NCBI GenBank assembly: GCA_017541665.1
Contig: JAFXYP010000065.1
Location: forward strand, 39,167-103,166
Direction: 5' to 3'
Length of the DNA stretch: 64,000 nucleotides
Source: Lentisphaeria bacterium
GTDB lineage: Bacteria; Verrucomicrobiota; Lentisphaeria; Victivallales; UBA1829
Within the stretch, counting starts at the first letter, position 1; every line of letters starts with the position of its first letter. Under the pieces are notes generated by a model, which did no database searches, was not told the DNA's origin, and worked only from the letters and a program-made list of their open reading frames with translations. Of the stretch, positions 17,937 through 27,140 are shown piece after piece. Position numbers and translations under genes: made by a program.

Positions 17937-20140
17937 CCATGAGCCTCGTTTCAAGCATCTTCCGGCGCGCCCTCCTGCCCGCGCTTCTCCTCCTGCTGCC
18001 CCTCGCGGCATCCGCGTTCGCGACAAGCCAGGCCCCGACCACAGTCCCGACCACGGTCCCGGTCACTGTCCCGGGCACGGATCCGGGCTCGGCTCCCCAG
18101 CTCATCCGGGCAGACGACGAGGGTTCGGACGAACGGTCGAAGACGCTGACTCCGGCGGCAGGTTCCGGCCCGGTCAAGATCTCCGTCGTGCCCGCGCCAT
18201 TCACATCCGTCAACCCCGGCGACCAGTTCGTCCGCGAGTTCGTCGTGCAGAACGATTCGCCGAAGGCTGTCGATGTCTCCATCGTCCTGCGCTACAGGTT
18301 CGGCTGGAGATCCAGCTCCAGCATGCGGTCCGTCTCGGCCTCCCGGAAGATCCCCGCCCACTCCCGGCAGACCGTCACCCTCTTCGTCCCCGCGATCACC
18401 AGCAGGGACCCGGAAGGCATCGAGTGCATCGACCCGAAGATCTTCGTCGACGGCAGGCCGTTCAGGCCCCTGCCGTCCGGCATCTTCGACGCGGGAGAGG
18501 TCGCCTCGGAGCTCTATCTGTCCTCCTCGTTCTCCACGTCCGAACCGCTCGTCAAGGCCATCTCCGTCGAACTGACGCCGCGCGTGCCGCTCGTCCGGTT
18601 CTATTCCCGGGGAAAGGACTGCGATTTCTCCACCACCGACACCATCCAGTGGCCCTCGGTCCCGCAGTTTTACCAGGCGAAGGGCCTGCTCTTCCGCAAA
18701 ACCGCCGACAGATTCTCGTCCGACGCCGAACGCGCCATCCACGACGCCGTCATGCTCGGCGCCACGGAGGTCCTCTTCGTCTCGCCCGGCACCCAGTGGC
18801 CCGAATGGGCTCCGAGGCCCGCCTTCCCCGGACGTCCGGTCGTCGTACCGCGCGGACTCGGGCAGACCATCGTGCTGGACGAAAGCCTCCTGGTCAACCC
18901 CTCGGAGTCGGACATCCGCGTGGCATCCGGCAGGCGCTTCCCGGCCCAGGGGCCGGGCGGCTTCCAAAAGGATCCGGAAGAGGAAGATATAGAGGAAGAA
19001 ATGGCAGAGGAGGAAACCTACGATTACATGCCGCGGGGCAACACGCCCGAACTCCGCGCCGCCCGCGCCGGCAATCCTCAGCTCATGGCGGGCCTGAGGG
19101 ACGCCAGAGTCGTCCGGCTCGATCCGGCCATCCTTTTCCAGATGCTCCCCTGCGTCGACATCCCGAACCTGTCGTTCGCCGTGGTCATCCTCGCGCTGCT
19201 GGCGTACATCATCATCGTGGGCCCGGTCAACTATTTCTACCTCAAAAAGCGCGGAAAAAGCGTGCTGATGCTCCTGCTGACCGTCCCGGCGATCTCCCTG
19301 GTCTTCGTCGCGGTCGTCATCCTCTTCGTCACCATCTTCGAAGGCTGGTTTGCCCGCGCCTCCGCGGTCGGCGTGACCTACCTCGACCAGCAGGCGGGCA
19401 TGGCGTACACGCGCGCCGCCGTGAACCTCTACGCGCCGGTCCCCGTGCGCTCCCTGGTCTTCGACCCGTCGGACACCGTGTCGTTCGCCCGCGCGAAGGA
19501 CGTCGCCGTCCACCTCGGACGCGACCAGGTCGTGAGGGGCGCGAACAAGGCACGCATCCCCCTGACCTACGGCATCTCCCGGGCGGAAAAACAACTCGAA
19601 CAGCTCAAGGTCTCCCGCAACGCCGGCGCCACGATCTCCGTCGTCAACGGCCTCGGCGTCCCCGTGAAGGTCCTCGCCATGAGGACTCCGGACGGCGAAT
19701 ACTGGCTTCCCCCGGACGGCGTCGTCCGGCCCGGCGCATCCGCCGAGCTCAGGCATTTCGCCGGAAAACAGCCCGCCGGAAAACCGGCAGGCAATGCGAA
19801 AAACGGGCTTCTGTACGACATTTCGGCGTGCCTGCTGGAGACCGGCGTCCCCTCGGCCGCGAGCTCCTACGTCCCGAACGGCGGCAACACCGTCCGGGTG
19901 TACGCGGACAGAGAGTTCCTGAAAAATCTGCGCGGCAGGAAACAGCAGATCGAATCCGAAGACAAGCCCCAGGACCGGCCGTATCCCTCCCTGCTCGCCT
20001 CGATCCTTTCGCCCGGCATGTACATCGCGGAGGCCGCCACCCCGCTTTTCTACACGCCCGGCTGCACACCCGTTTCCTTCCGTGCCCGCCACCTCGTCGT
20101 CGGCACGTTCACCCTTCAGGAGTCCGCACATGAAAACTGA
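17933..20140 (+). CDS. secreted/membrane hypothetical protein of the MoxR operon
   Basis: ATG 17933 overlaps the moxR stop (ATGA); the ORF-track start at 17528 lies inside moxR. The 735-aa product has a signal peptide (MTMSLVSSIFRRALLPALLLLLPLAASAFA) and two TM helices mid-protein (FAVVILALLAYIIIVGPV, LMLLLTVPAISLVFVAVVILFV). Confidence 0.7.
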   Translation: MTMSLVSSIFRRALLPALLLLLPLAASAFATSQAPTTVPTTVPVTVPGTDPGSAPQLIRADDEGSDERSKTLTPAAGSGPVKISVVPAPFTSVNPGDQFVREFVVQNDSPKAVDVSIVLRYRFGWRSSSSMRSVSASRKIPAHSRQTVTLFVPAITSRDPEGIECIDPKIFVDGRPFRPLPSGIFDAGEVASELYLSSSFSTSEPLVKAISVELTPRVPLVRFYSRGKDCDFSTTDTIQWPSVPQFYQAKGLLFRKTADRFSSDAERAIHDAVMLGATEVLFVSPGTQWPEWAPRPAFPGRPVVVPRGLGQTIVLDESLLVNPSESDIRVASGRRFPAQGPGGFQKDPEEEDIEEEMAEEETYDYMPRGNTPELRAARAGNPQLMAGLRDARVVRLDPAILFQMLPCVDIPNLSFAVVILALLAYIIIVGPVNYFYLKKRGKSVLMLLLTVPAISLVFVAVVILFVTIFEGWFARASAVGVTYLDQQAGMAYTRAAVNLYAPVPVRSLVFDPSDTVSFARAKDVAVHLGRDQVVRGANKARIPLTYGISRAEKQLEQLKVSRNAGATISVVNGLGVPVKVLAMRTPDGEYWLPPDGVVRPGASAELRHFAGKQPAGKPAGNAKNGLLYDISACLLETGVPSAASSYVPNGGNTVRVYADREFLKNLRGRKQQIESEDKPQDRPYPSLLASILSPGMYIAEAATPLFYTPGCTPVSFRARHLVVGTFTLQESAHEN

Positions 20141-21176
20141 AGTCCGCAACCTCTCGCGCATTTTCGGCAAGACCGTCGCCGTCGACAATATCTCGTTCTC
20201 GTTCGAAGACGGCAACATCTTCGGCTTCATCGGACCGAACGGCGCGGGCAAGACCACCACCATCCGCATCATGGCGACGCTCGACCTCGCCACGTCCGGC
20301 GACGTCTTCTACGACGGCGTCTCCGCCACGCTTTACCCGGAGGCTGTCCGCCGCGTGGTCGGATACATGCCCGACTCCCTGCCCGGATACAAGGACATCC
20401 AGGTCTGGGAATACCTCGATTTCTTCGCGCGCAGTTTCGGGCTGAGGGGCGCGGAGCGCACCCGCGCGCTGAACGACATCGTGGATTTCACCAACCTCGG
20501 CGAACTCCGCAACAAGTTCCTCTTCGCGCTCTCCAAGGGCATGAAGCAGCGGGTCAGCCTCGCACGCGCCCTCATCCACAACCCGAAGGTGCTCATCATG
20601 GACGAGCCCGCGGCCGGCCTCGACCCCCGTGCGCGCCACGAGCTCCGCACCCTGCTGAAAATCCTCGCCGAGCAGAAAAAGGCGATTTTCCTGAGCAGCC
20701 ACATCCTGTCCGAGCTTCAGGATATCTGCGACGGCGCGGTCATCATCGAACAGGGCAAGCTCCTGTCCGCCGGCACGCTTAACGACCTTCTTTCGCAGGT
20801 CACAGGCGGAACGCCGCCCCCGGCCGCCGCCGAATCCGCCGTGCCTCAGGCGCAGGCCGACGGGACCTCCGGCCTTTCCGGCGCACCCGCCGCACCCCGG
20901 ACGCAGGCCGCGCCTCAGGGCGTCAGCATCATCCTGAAGACCCCGCGCGGGGAAGCCGAGCCGGTCCGGCTGAAACTCCTCGAACACCCGCTCACGCGTT
21001 CCGTGGACCTCTTCGATGACGATGAAGTCCACGCGGTCATCGCGGGCAGCGACGCCGAGGTCTCCCGCGTGGTCGGCACCGTCTTCGCCGCCGGGCTCAC
21101 GGTCCTGTCGTTCAACCGGAACCAGATGGGCCTGGAGGAGCTTTTCATGAAGATCACGCAGGGCAAGGTGCAGTAA
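20130..21176 (+). CDS. ABC transporter ATP-binding protein
   Basis: ATG 20130 (MKTEVRNLSRIFG) overlaps the upstream gene by 11 nt. Walker A is GPNGAGKTT, the signature is LSKGMKQRV and Walker B is LIMDEPAAGLD. Confidence 0.9.
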   Translation: MKTEVRNLSRIFGKTVAVDNISFSFEDGNIFGFIGPNGAGKTTTIRIMATLDLATSGDVFYDGVSATLYPEAVRRVVGYMPDSLPGYKDIQVWEYLDFFARSFGLRGAERTRALNDIVDFTNLGELRNKFLFALSKGMKQRVSLARALIHNPKVLIMDEPAAGLDPRARHELRTLLKILAEQKKAIFLSSHILSELQDICDGAVIIEQGKLLSAGTLNDLLSQVTGGTPPPAAAESAVPQAQADGTSGLSGAPAAPRTQAAPQGVSIILKTPRGEAEPVRLKLLEHPLTRSVDLFDDDEVHAVIAGSDAEVSRVVGTVFAAGLTVLSFNRNQMGLEELFMKITQGKVQ

Positions 21177-21188
21177 GGAGGCCCGGAC

Positions 21189-22679
21189 ATGATCGGAAAA
21201 GCATTCATCGGGAACATCGCCGAGTCCCTCAACCCGGTTTTCGTCAAGGAAATGCGCCAGTATTTCCAGAACCGCCGCATGGTCGTCTTCATGGGGCTGC
21301 TCCTCGTCGCGCAGTTCATCTGCACGCTCTTCTTCTCCTCCGCCATGACGTTCGACGCGGACGGGGAGGAAGGCGTCGCATTCTTCCTGCTCATCATCTT
21401 CGCGGGGGCCATCCTCTCCGTCCTCATCTGCGCGGTCGGCGCGGAACAGCGGTTCGCGGAGGAACGCTCCGACAAGGAGCTGAACTACGCCATGCTGACC
21501 ACGCTGAAGCCGTCCTCGATCATCATGGGCAAGCTTGAGGGCGCCATGGTCATGATCCTGTGCATCTTCTCCATGCTGCTGCCGTTCCTGACCGCGGCGT
21601 ACTTCATGCGCGGGCTGTCGGCGGCGTCATTGCTCCTCACGCTGTACCTCTTCCCCGTCCTCGTCCTGCACACGCTCGCGGGCGTCTTCGCCGGGTCGTT
21701 CGGGCAGAAATGGATCACGATCCTGTATTTCATCGGGCTGGTGAACAGCGCCTTCGGGTTTGTCCCGCTCGCGTTCACCCTCGCCGAGGAGCTTATGGAC
21801 AGCGCCGTGCTGGACCCCGTCTTCTGGGGCATGCTCCTCATCGAATATGAGGTCGCGTTCCTGATCGGCGTCATGCTCTTCCTGCTCTCCCTCGCAGTCA
21901 TCTCGCCGCCGATGTCGAACCGCATGCTGCCCGCGAAAGTCTACCTTTTCGCCCTGCCCTTCCTCACGCTGGTCCTGATGGCGCCGTACTACATCCTCTT
22001 CGCCGGGCCGGACTACCCCCATGAGATGTTCTACTTCATCGAATTCCTCTTCTGCGCCTTCTCCATCGCCGTGCTGCCGTTCATCGCGCTCTTCGAGACC
22101 CCGACGAACAGCATCCGCGTATACATGAAATGCCCGCGCAACTTCTTCGGACGCGCCCTGCATTTCCTGTTCTCCTCCGGGTTCTCCGGCTCGGTGATCC
22201 TGCCGGTTCTGATCCTGCCGCTCCCCGTGCTGCTGATCCCGCTCGGGCGCTTTTCCCCGACCGACCCTGCCCCTTACGTCGTCTGCGGGTTCCTGTGCAT
22301 CCTCGTGACCTTCCTCGGCGAAGTGGCCCTGTCGCTCATCCTGAGCTGGCGGACGCGCCTGCCCCTGCCGGCCTGGCTTTGGACGATCCTGTTCGTGGTG
22401 ATCGGCAACATCCTCCCCTGGATCCCCGTCGCGATCAACGAGGACACGCTCCCGCAGCATTCGCTCCGCATCATAAGCATGCTGTTTTCCCAGACATACT
22501 GCATCCTGGAGTGCTTCGACGAACCTAAGGAAGTCTGTTTCCAGGGGCTCTGCGCGTCCCTCGTTGTCACGGGCGTCCTCCTTCTGCTCCTGCTGCCCGC
22601 GATCCTCAAGGCGTTCCGCCTCCACCGCTTCCCTGAAAACGAAGTCAAGCCGCCCACGAAGGAAATGACCGGAAAATGA
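21189..22679 (+). CDS. ABC-2-type permease-like polytopic membrane protein
   Basis: 496 aa with more than 10 hydrophobic helices. The N-terminus (NPVFVKEMRQYFQNRRM) is typical of ABC-2-like permeases that follow such ATPases. Confidence 0.7.
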   Translation: MIGKAFIGNIAESLNPVFVKEMRQYFQNRRMVVFMGLLLVAQFICTLFFSSAMTFDADGEEGVAFFLLIIFAGAILSVLICAVGAEQRFAEERSDKELNYAMLTTLKPSSIIMGKLEGAMVMILCIFSMLLPFLTAAYFMRGLSAASLLLTLYLFPVLVLHTLAGVFAGSFGQKWITILYFIGLVNSAFGFVPLAFTLAEELMDSAVLDPVFWGMLLIEYEVAFLIGVMLFLLSLAVISPPMSNRMLPAKVYLFALPFLTLVLMAPYYILFAGPDYPHEMFYFIEFLFCAFSIAVLPFIALFETPTNSIRVYMKCPRNFFGRALHFLFSSGFSGSVILPVLILPLPVLLIPLGRFSPTDPAPYVVCGFLCILVTFLGEVALSLILSWRTRLPLPAWLWTILFVVIGNILPWIPVAINEDTLPQHSLRIISMLFSQTYCILECFDEPKEVCFQGLCASLVVTGVLLLLLLPAILKAFRLHRFPENEVKPPTKEMTGK

Positions 22680-24424
22680 ACCCGGAAAACCAGACCGCAG
22701 CCGTGAACCAGCCGCCGGAGACGCCTCCGCCTCCCGGACGGTCCGCCGAACCGGAAGAAGCCCGCGTGAAAAAGCCGGGCATCTTCCGCGCGTGGCTCGG
22801 CCTGTGGCGCGACCGCGACCTGGACCTGGAGGGGCGCGACACGTCCGACTGGAACATCTACTACTACTATTTCCGGCAGGTCTACCAGCATACTGCCCCG
22901 GTCAAGCTCAAATACATGAGGTGGATCGCGCTCCTCTTCCAGATTTACTTCTTCGGGATGATCCTGCTGGCGCAGCTGAGATCCCTGCTCGTTTTCAGCA
23001 AAGAGTCCGTAAGGCTCGGCAAACGTCTGGAGCTGTCCGACGCCCTCTTCGACACGATTTCCATGCTCGGGGTCTCCGCCAACATCTACATCATGCCGGT
23101 CCTCCTGTTCATCCCGGTGTTCATGGTCGGGTTCAAGCTCCGCGCGAAAGCGCAGGGCTTCATCACGTCCCGCGCCAAGGAACCGCCCCTGCTGGCGCAT
23201 CTGGTGCAGTACACCTCGAACAAGGGTCTTGTGCAGGGCGCGTTGCAGAGCCTGCTGTTCACCTGGGGCCGGTTCATCCTTCTGCTGCTCCCCGCCATCA
23301 TCGTCGCGGTCCTGCTGCTGACGGGCTACGCCGCGGTCGAACAGTCGGACAAGGCGTTCAAGCTGGCGTTCGGCATGCCGGTCGGCACGATCATGGCAGT
23401 CCTGACGCTTTCGCTGTTCTTCATGATGCAGCCGTTCTGCTACCGTCTGGATACCCTGATGCTCATCATCGGGATCGGGATCGAAACGATCGTGTTCACG
23501 GCGCTCGGATTCGACGACAAAGCCACCATGGAATTCTGGACAGGCCTCTGGTGCTGCTATGTCCCGTCGACCCTCTTCGCCTGCGCCTATTTCCCGCTCG
23601 CCGCAGCCGACACGGGCGAATACGGGCTCGGGAAGCGCACCTCGAAATGGATCCGCATCCTGCTCTATTCCGTTGCGGGCGCCTTCCTCGTGACGCTCCT
23701 CGCGACGAACGCCATCCCCGCGTGCCACGACGGTTCCCCGACTTTCAGGGAATTTTATGGAGGCAACATTTCTTTGGCGGAATACGACAAGAGCATTCTG
23801 TTCCGGCACAGGGAGTTTGTCGAAGTCCTCTTCATCTTTTTCAAATGGGGGCTTTTCCTGAGCGTCAGCGGCCTGCTGGTCACCTCGGTCTCCGTCATCT
23901 CGTACCGGGCGGCCGCGCTCCGCCTGCGCCGCGAGGACGGCCCCCTCCTGCGGAAACTGTTCGATCCGGCGTCGCCGGTCTCGCTGGTCCCGGTCGTCAT
24001 CCTCGAGATAATCGTCCTCATGACCGTCTCGATATGGACCGAGCCGTTCAGCCGTTACATGCACTTCCGGGAGACCTTCATGCGGCTGAACTCGCCTCAG
24101 ACAGCCCGGGTCGTCTGGACCGCCATCCATTTCGGCATCGTCATCGCATACATCCGCCAGTTGAGGCGACCGGAGATGAAGGAGCCGTGGAACTCCCATG
24201 TCCGGTTCAATATGGTCAGCCTCATCGGCATCGTCGCCGTCGAGCTGGTCCTGGTGCTGAGCGGAGACGCTCACGACGCGAAGCCGGTCTCCTTCGGCCT
24301 TTATGTCGTTTCCATCGTCGTCATGTTCGCCGTTTTCGGAATCACGAATTTCCGTTCCATGATGAAAAAGCCCGCTCCGCCTGAGGCCGCCCCCTCCGCG
24401 GAACAGAATGAGGAGGCGTCATGA
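22676..24424 (+). CDS. polytopic membrane hypothetical protein
   Basis: 582 aa with ATGA overlap at both ends and many TM helices. No motif recognised. Confidence 0.6.
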   Translation: MNPENQTAAVNQPPETPPPPGRSAEPEEARVKKPGIFRAWLGLWRDRDLDLEGRDTSDWNIYYYYFRQVYQHTAPVKLKYMRWIALLFQIYFFGMILLAQLRSLLVFSKESVRLGKRLELSDALFDTISMLGVSANIYIMPVLLFIPVFMVGFKLRAKAQGFITSRAKEPPLLAHLVQYTSNKGLVQGALQSLLFTWGRFILLLLPAIIVAVLLLTGYAAVEQSDKAFKLAFGMPVGTIMAVLTLSLFFMMQPFCYRLDTLMLIIGIGIETIVFTALGFDDKATMEFWTGLWCCYVPSTLFACAYFPLAAADTGEYGLGKRTSKWIRILLYSVAGAFLVTLLATNAIPACHDGSPTFREFYGGNISLAEYDKSILFRHREFVEVLFIFFKWGLFLSVSGLLVTSVSVISYRAAALRLRREDGPLLRKLFDPASPVSLVPVVILEIIVLMTVSIWTEPFSRYMHFRETFMRLNSPQTARVVWTAIHFGIVIAYIRQLRRPEMKEPWNSHVRFNMVSLIGIVAVELVLVLSGDAHDAKPVSFGLYVVSIVVMFAVFGITNFRSMMKKPAPPEAAPSAEQNEEAS

Positions 24425-25299
24425 CCGCACCCGCCGCAACTGCCATCCCGTATTTCAGGAGTGCGGTCGAACGCGCCCTGGCGGCCGCCGGCGGCGTGGA
24501 GCTCACCGCGCCCGCCCAGGTATCCGGCATCGACGGACGCCGCACCGGACGCAGGACGGGCAACGCGCTGGAATTCTCCGAGTACCGCGAGTACCGTCCC
24601 GGCGACGACCTGCGGCGCATCGACTGGCGCGTGTACGCCCGGAGCGAACAGCTCATGATCAAGCAGTATTCGGAGGAGATCGACCCGCGGTGCGACGTGA
24701 TCCTGGACCATTCGGCGTCCATGGCGGTGACCGAACGCAAGGCGTCCGCCGCGATCTCGCTGGCGGCGATCTTCGCGACCGCGGCGGCGAACTCCGGCTT
24801 CTCCCTCAACCTCTGGCATGCCGCGGGCACGTTCCGCAAGGACCCTTCGCCCGCCTCGCCGCTCCTCTGGGACTTCCCGCCCTTCGAAACGCCGTTCAGC
24901 CCCTCGGCAAACCCGGCGTCCTTCTCCGGCCAGTTCTTCCGGCGCGGCATCCGAATCCTCGTCACCGACCTCATGGGCCCGGACGACCCCGCGCCCGTGC
25001 TGTCCCGCCTCGCCGACGGGGCGAAGCGCGCCGTGGCCGTCATGGTGCTGGACCCGCTGGAGCTCGAGCCCGAGCTGGACCCGAACGTGATGCTGATCGA
25101 CGCCGAGACCGGCGAGGAACGCGAGCTCGTGCTGGATGAAGGCGCGCTGGCACGCTACCACGAACGCCTTGAGCACCACCGCGCCATGTGGGCCACCGCC
25201 GCCGCGTCACGGGGCGTCCTGCTCCTGCCGCTTTCCGCCGCGGATTTCTACCCGGAGATCCGTCCCGACGAACTCTTCCACGCGGGGCTGCTCAAATGA
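24421..25299 (+). CDS. DUF58 domain protein (vWA-like, MoxR partner)
   Basis: 292 aa. Hallmark EFSEYREYRPGDDLRRIDWRVYARSEQLMIKQY, then DHSASM. GAGGAGG lies upstream. Confidence 0.9.
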   Translation: MTAPAATAIPYFRSAVERALAAAGGVELTAPAQVSGIDGRRTGRRTGNALEFSEYREYRPGDDLRRIDWRVYARSEQLMIKQYSEEIDPRCDVILDHSASMAVTERKASAAISLAAIFATAAANSGFSLNLWHAAGTFRKDPSPASPLLWDFPPFETPFSPSANPASFSGQFFRRGIRILVTDLMGPDDPAPVLSRLADGAKRAVAVMVLDPLELEPELDPNVMLIDAETGEERELVLDEGALARYHERLEHHRAMWATAAASRGVLLLPLSAADFYPEIRPDELFHAGLLK

Positions 25300-27140
25300 A
25301 CGATTTCTTCTTCGGGTTCGAACACTCCCCGCTCCTCTGGTGCGCCCTGCCGGTCTTCCTGGTGCTGCTCCTGCTCTATCTCCTGCACCGCCGTTCGAAA
25401 GTCCGCATCGTGTCCGCCATCTTCCTGTGGGACCGTCCTCAGGCGTCCCCGAACAGCGGCACGCGCATCCGGCTCCGGTTCCCGCCCGCGATCTTCTATC
25501 TGGAGCTCGCCGCGCTGCTGCTCCTGACCGCCGCGCTCGCCGCGCCGTTCGTCTCCACCCCGGAGACCTTCCCGCCGCTCGCTGTGATCCTCGACGACTC
25601 CATGTCCATGCAGGCGAAGGTCCCCGGCGGAAGGTCCCCGCTCGAATCCGGCGCGGACTTCATCAGGCGCGAACTGCGCGCCCTGCCCGACCGCCGCGTC
25701 CTGTGGATCGTCGCGGGCGAAACGCCCACGCTCACCTCGGACAGCAACGCCCGGACGGACTTCACGCCGTTCTGGACTGGACAGGCCGCCTCGTCCGACC
25801 TCGCCGCGGCGGCGTCCCTCGCCCGGCGCATGGCGCGCGGCTGCCACCTCCTGATCGTGACCGACCGCAAGCCCGCGATCGAGCTCGCGCCGGACACCAC
25901 GTGTTTCTCCGCGGGCGCGCCGCTGGGCAATTCCGCCATCGTGAACGCCCGCCGCACCTCGGGTCGCATCCTGATCGAGGCGGCGAACTTCTCCACGCTC
26001 CCCGCGGACGCCGCGCTCGTGCTGGAGCCCGGTTCGCTTCGGACGCAGATCCGGCTTGAGCCGAAGGAGACGCGCCGCATCGTGCTGGCAGTCCCGGCGG
26101 CCGCCGCACGCGAAGCGATCACCGTCCGCCTCGAAAACGCCGACGCATCCGCGAACGCCCTGCTCTGCGACGATGAAGTCGTGCTGGAGGCCGAAGACGA
26201 TTCCCCGGTCTCGTACCGCATCGCCGGGACGTTCCACGCCGACGCACGGTCCGCGCTCGACCGCGTGCTGAACAGCAATCCGTCGTTCCGGCCTGCCCTG
26301 ACAGGCGAGACACCCGACCTCGACATCCTTCCCGCCGAGACCGAAAGCCCCGCGCCCGTGCATCTTTTCTGGCTTTCCGCCCCGATGAAAAAGCCCGCTG
26401 CGAATCCCGCTTCGAATCCGCCGCAGACGGATCAGGCTGGGAACAGCGAAGCAAATCCGCCTCAATCTGAAGATCCCGCGCCATCCGCGGCCGGCCCGCT
26501 CTCCATCGAGAATGCATCCATCCTTTCGCGCGGGCTCCCGCTCGATTCGCTTCAATGGGCGGTCAGCGCGAACGAACTGCCCGGACAGACGATCCTGCGG
26601 AGCGGCGACGTGCCGGCGATCTCCACCCGCCAGAACCTGAACCGCGACCGCGAAATCTTCCTCAACCTCGATCCGACGCGCTCCAACATCACGCACCATC
26701 CGTTCTGGCCGGTCTTCTTCCAGAACCTCGCGCAGACCGTCCGAACCGAACGCTTCGGTCCGGCGCGCGCGAACCTGCGGGCAGGCGAACTGCTCCACGT
26801 CCGCCTCCCGCGCGGGGCGCAGTCGCTGACCGCGGTCCGTCCCGACGGCAAATCCATGGAAATCCAGGCCATGCGCGGGCAGACCGATTTCCGTCCGGCG
26901 CTCCACGGCGTCTGGCGCCTTGAATCCGGCGACGGGAAATGGTCCGTCGGCGTGATGGGGCTCCGCGCGGAGGAATCCGACCTCTCCGGCGCCGGGCCGT
27001 TCCGGCAGGACGCCGACAAGCTCGCGGTCATGCCGTTCTGGATGCTCCGCCCGCTCGCGTGGGCGTTCCTGCTGCTCGCCGCCCTGCTCCTCGCGGCGCA
27101 CCACGTCCTGCTCGCAGGGAAAGGAGGCCGCCAATGCTGA
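25296..27140 (+). CDS. BatA-N-terminal-domain (aerotolerance-regulator-like) membrane protein
   Basis: ATG 25296 (MNDFFFGFEHSPLLWCALPVFLVLLLLYLLHRRSKVRIVSAIFLWD) overlaps the DUF58 stop (ATGA). The 614-aa product has a C-terminal TM helix. Confidence 0.8.
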   Translation: MNDFFFGFEHSPLLWCALPVFLVLLLLYLLHRRSKVRIVSAIFLWDRPQASPNSGTRIRLRFPPAIFYLELAALLLLTAALAAPFVSTPETFPPLAVILDDSMSMQAKVPGGRSPLESGADFIRRELRALPDRRVLWIVAGETPTLTSDSNARTDFTPFWTGQAASSDLAAAASLARRMARGCHLLIVTDRKPAIELAPDTTCFSAGAPLGNSAIVNARRTSGRILIEAANFSTLPADAALVLEPGSLRTQIRLEPKETRRIVLAVPAAAAREAITVRLENADASANALLCDDEVVLEAEDDSPVSYRIAGTFHADARSALDRVLNSNPSFRPALTGETPDLDILPAETESPAPVHLFWLSAPMKKPAANPASNPPQTDQAGNSEANPPQSEDPAPSAAGPLSIENASILSRGLPLDSLQWAVSANELPGQTILRSGDVPAISTRQNLNRDREIFLNLDPTRSNITHHPFWPVFFQNLAQTVRTERFGPARANLRAGELLHVRLPRGAQSLTAVRPDGKSMEIQAMRGQTDFRPALHGVWRLESGDGKWSVGVMGLRAEESDLSGAGPFRQDADKLAVMPFWMLRPLAWAFLLLAALLLAAHHVLLAGKGGRQC